Below the pieces are notes generated by a model. The model ran no database searches, had not been told where the DNA came from, and saw only the letters and a program-made list of their open reading frames with translations. From an uncultured Chloroflexia bacterium (GTDB lineage: Bacteria > Chloroflexota > Anaerolineae > B4-G1 > SLSP01): a DNA stretch of 64,000 bases. Positions within the stretch are counted from its first letter, which is position 1; each line of letters starts with the position of its first letter. Both the position numbers and the translations under genes were made by a program. The stretch lies in the NCBI GenBank assembly GCA_963751345.1, contig CAVVUS010000030.1:32001-96000 (forward strand), given 5' to 3'. Of the stretch, positions 63,308 through 64,000 are shown piece by piece.

Positions 63308-63365
63308 ACACACCTCGCCAAGGACGTCAGAAGTCCGCCACAAGAGATCGACATCGCCGGATTAC

Positions 63366-64000
63366 TTAGAAGAGCGAATAGTCTTCGCCACGACGCTCGG
63401 ACCATTTCTTAACCAACCAATTGGAGCCAAAGACGCAGATGAAGCCCAGCACTGATTGGCTTAGGCCAACAGCAGTGCTCATCCCGAAGTTCGTCGTGGT
63501 CTGTAGTGCACGGATGATGTAGGTGTCAATGACGTCGGTCGTAGGATAGAGCAGGGCATTACTGCCGATGATCGCATACAGCATACCAAAATCACCGTAG
63601 AAAATGCGCCCGATAGAAAGCAGCGTCAACAAGATAATGGTCGGCACCAGAAGCGGCAAACTGATGAAACGGATCCGCTGCCACCGGCTGGCGCCGTCCA
63701 TCTCGGCTGCTTCGTAGAGTTGCGTGTCAATACCCACGAGAACCGCGAGATAGAGAATGCAGCCACTCCCGGTACCCTTCCAGATATTCAGTACGGTGAG
63801 AATCGTCGGCCAAAGATTAGGTTGCTCGTAGAACGAGAATCGTTGCATCCCCAGGGTCTGAACAACGTTGTTCACCATGCCGGATTCATAATCGAAGAAC
63901 CCGTAGAGGATCATGGCCACCACAGTCCAGGACATGAAGAACGGCAAGTACATGATCGACTGGGAGAGCTTCTTGAAGAGCGGGTGCATGATCTCGTTGA
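63366..64000 (-). CDS. Carbohydrate ABC transporter permease (LplB/MalF-like), 5' truncated
   Basis: 'YLPFFMSW', EAA loop 'YEAAEMDGASRWQ', 'DVIDTY'. Confidence 0.93.
   Translation of the reverse strand, partial: NEIMHPLFKKLSQSIMYLPFFMSWTVVAMILYGFFDYESGMVNNVVQTLGMQRFSFYEQPNLWPTILTVLNIWKGTGSGCILYLAVLVGIDTQLYEAAEMDGASRWQRIRFISLPLLVPTIILLTLLSIGRIFYGDFGMLYAIIGSNALLYPTTDVIDTYIIRALQTTTNFGMSTAVGLSQSVLGFICVFGSNWLVKKWSERRGEDYSLF

Overview
GC-rich bacterial window whose gene content (Tat-signal sugar-binding protein with VEVEK repeats, acidic PDWL-repeat protein, GlmL-like operon, FemAB plus a sortase-type sorting signal, AACCTTxGCxAGGTT REP-like repeats) suggests Chloroflexota/Anaerolineae (inference). 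About 16 genes are split by apparent single-base frameshifts, mostly +1, which look like long-read assembly errors, so I report reconstructed genes. 1-33.7 kb holds surface-polysaccharide/cell-envelope genes, an orphan GlmL/DUF6754-type membrane operon, a TctA-like/multi-OB-fold pair, M42 peptidase, truD and an ECF transporter + pterin-binding protein + molybdoenzyme cluster. The standout is an ~18.9 kb minus-strand operon (33678-52582) with six clear paralogues (plus a likely divergent seventh) of a protein family I cannot name. They share an N-terminal domain, and five also carry ~4 C-terminal beta-sandwich-like repeats. The operon also contains an embedded phospholipase D and ends in a terpene-cyclase-like and an ABBA-prenyltransferase-like gene. 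53-64 kb holds a TPR-DinG helicase with an SOS-like promoter and a sugar ABC transporter + atypical glycyl radical enzyme + UroD-like cluster. I recognised no rRNA, tRNA, CRISPR array or transposase.
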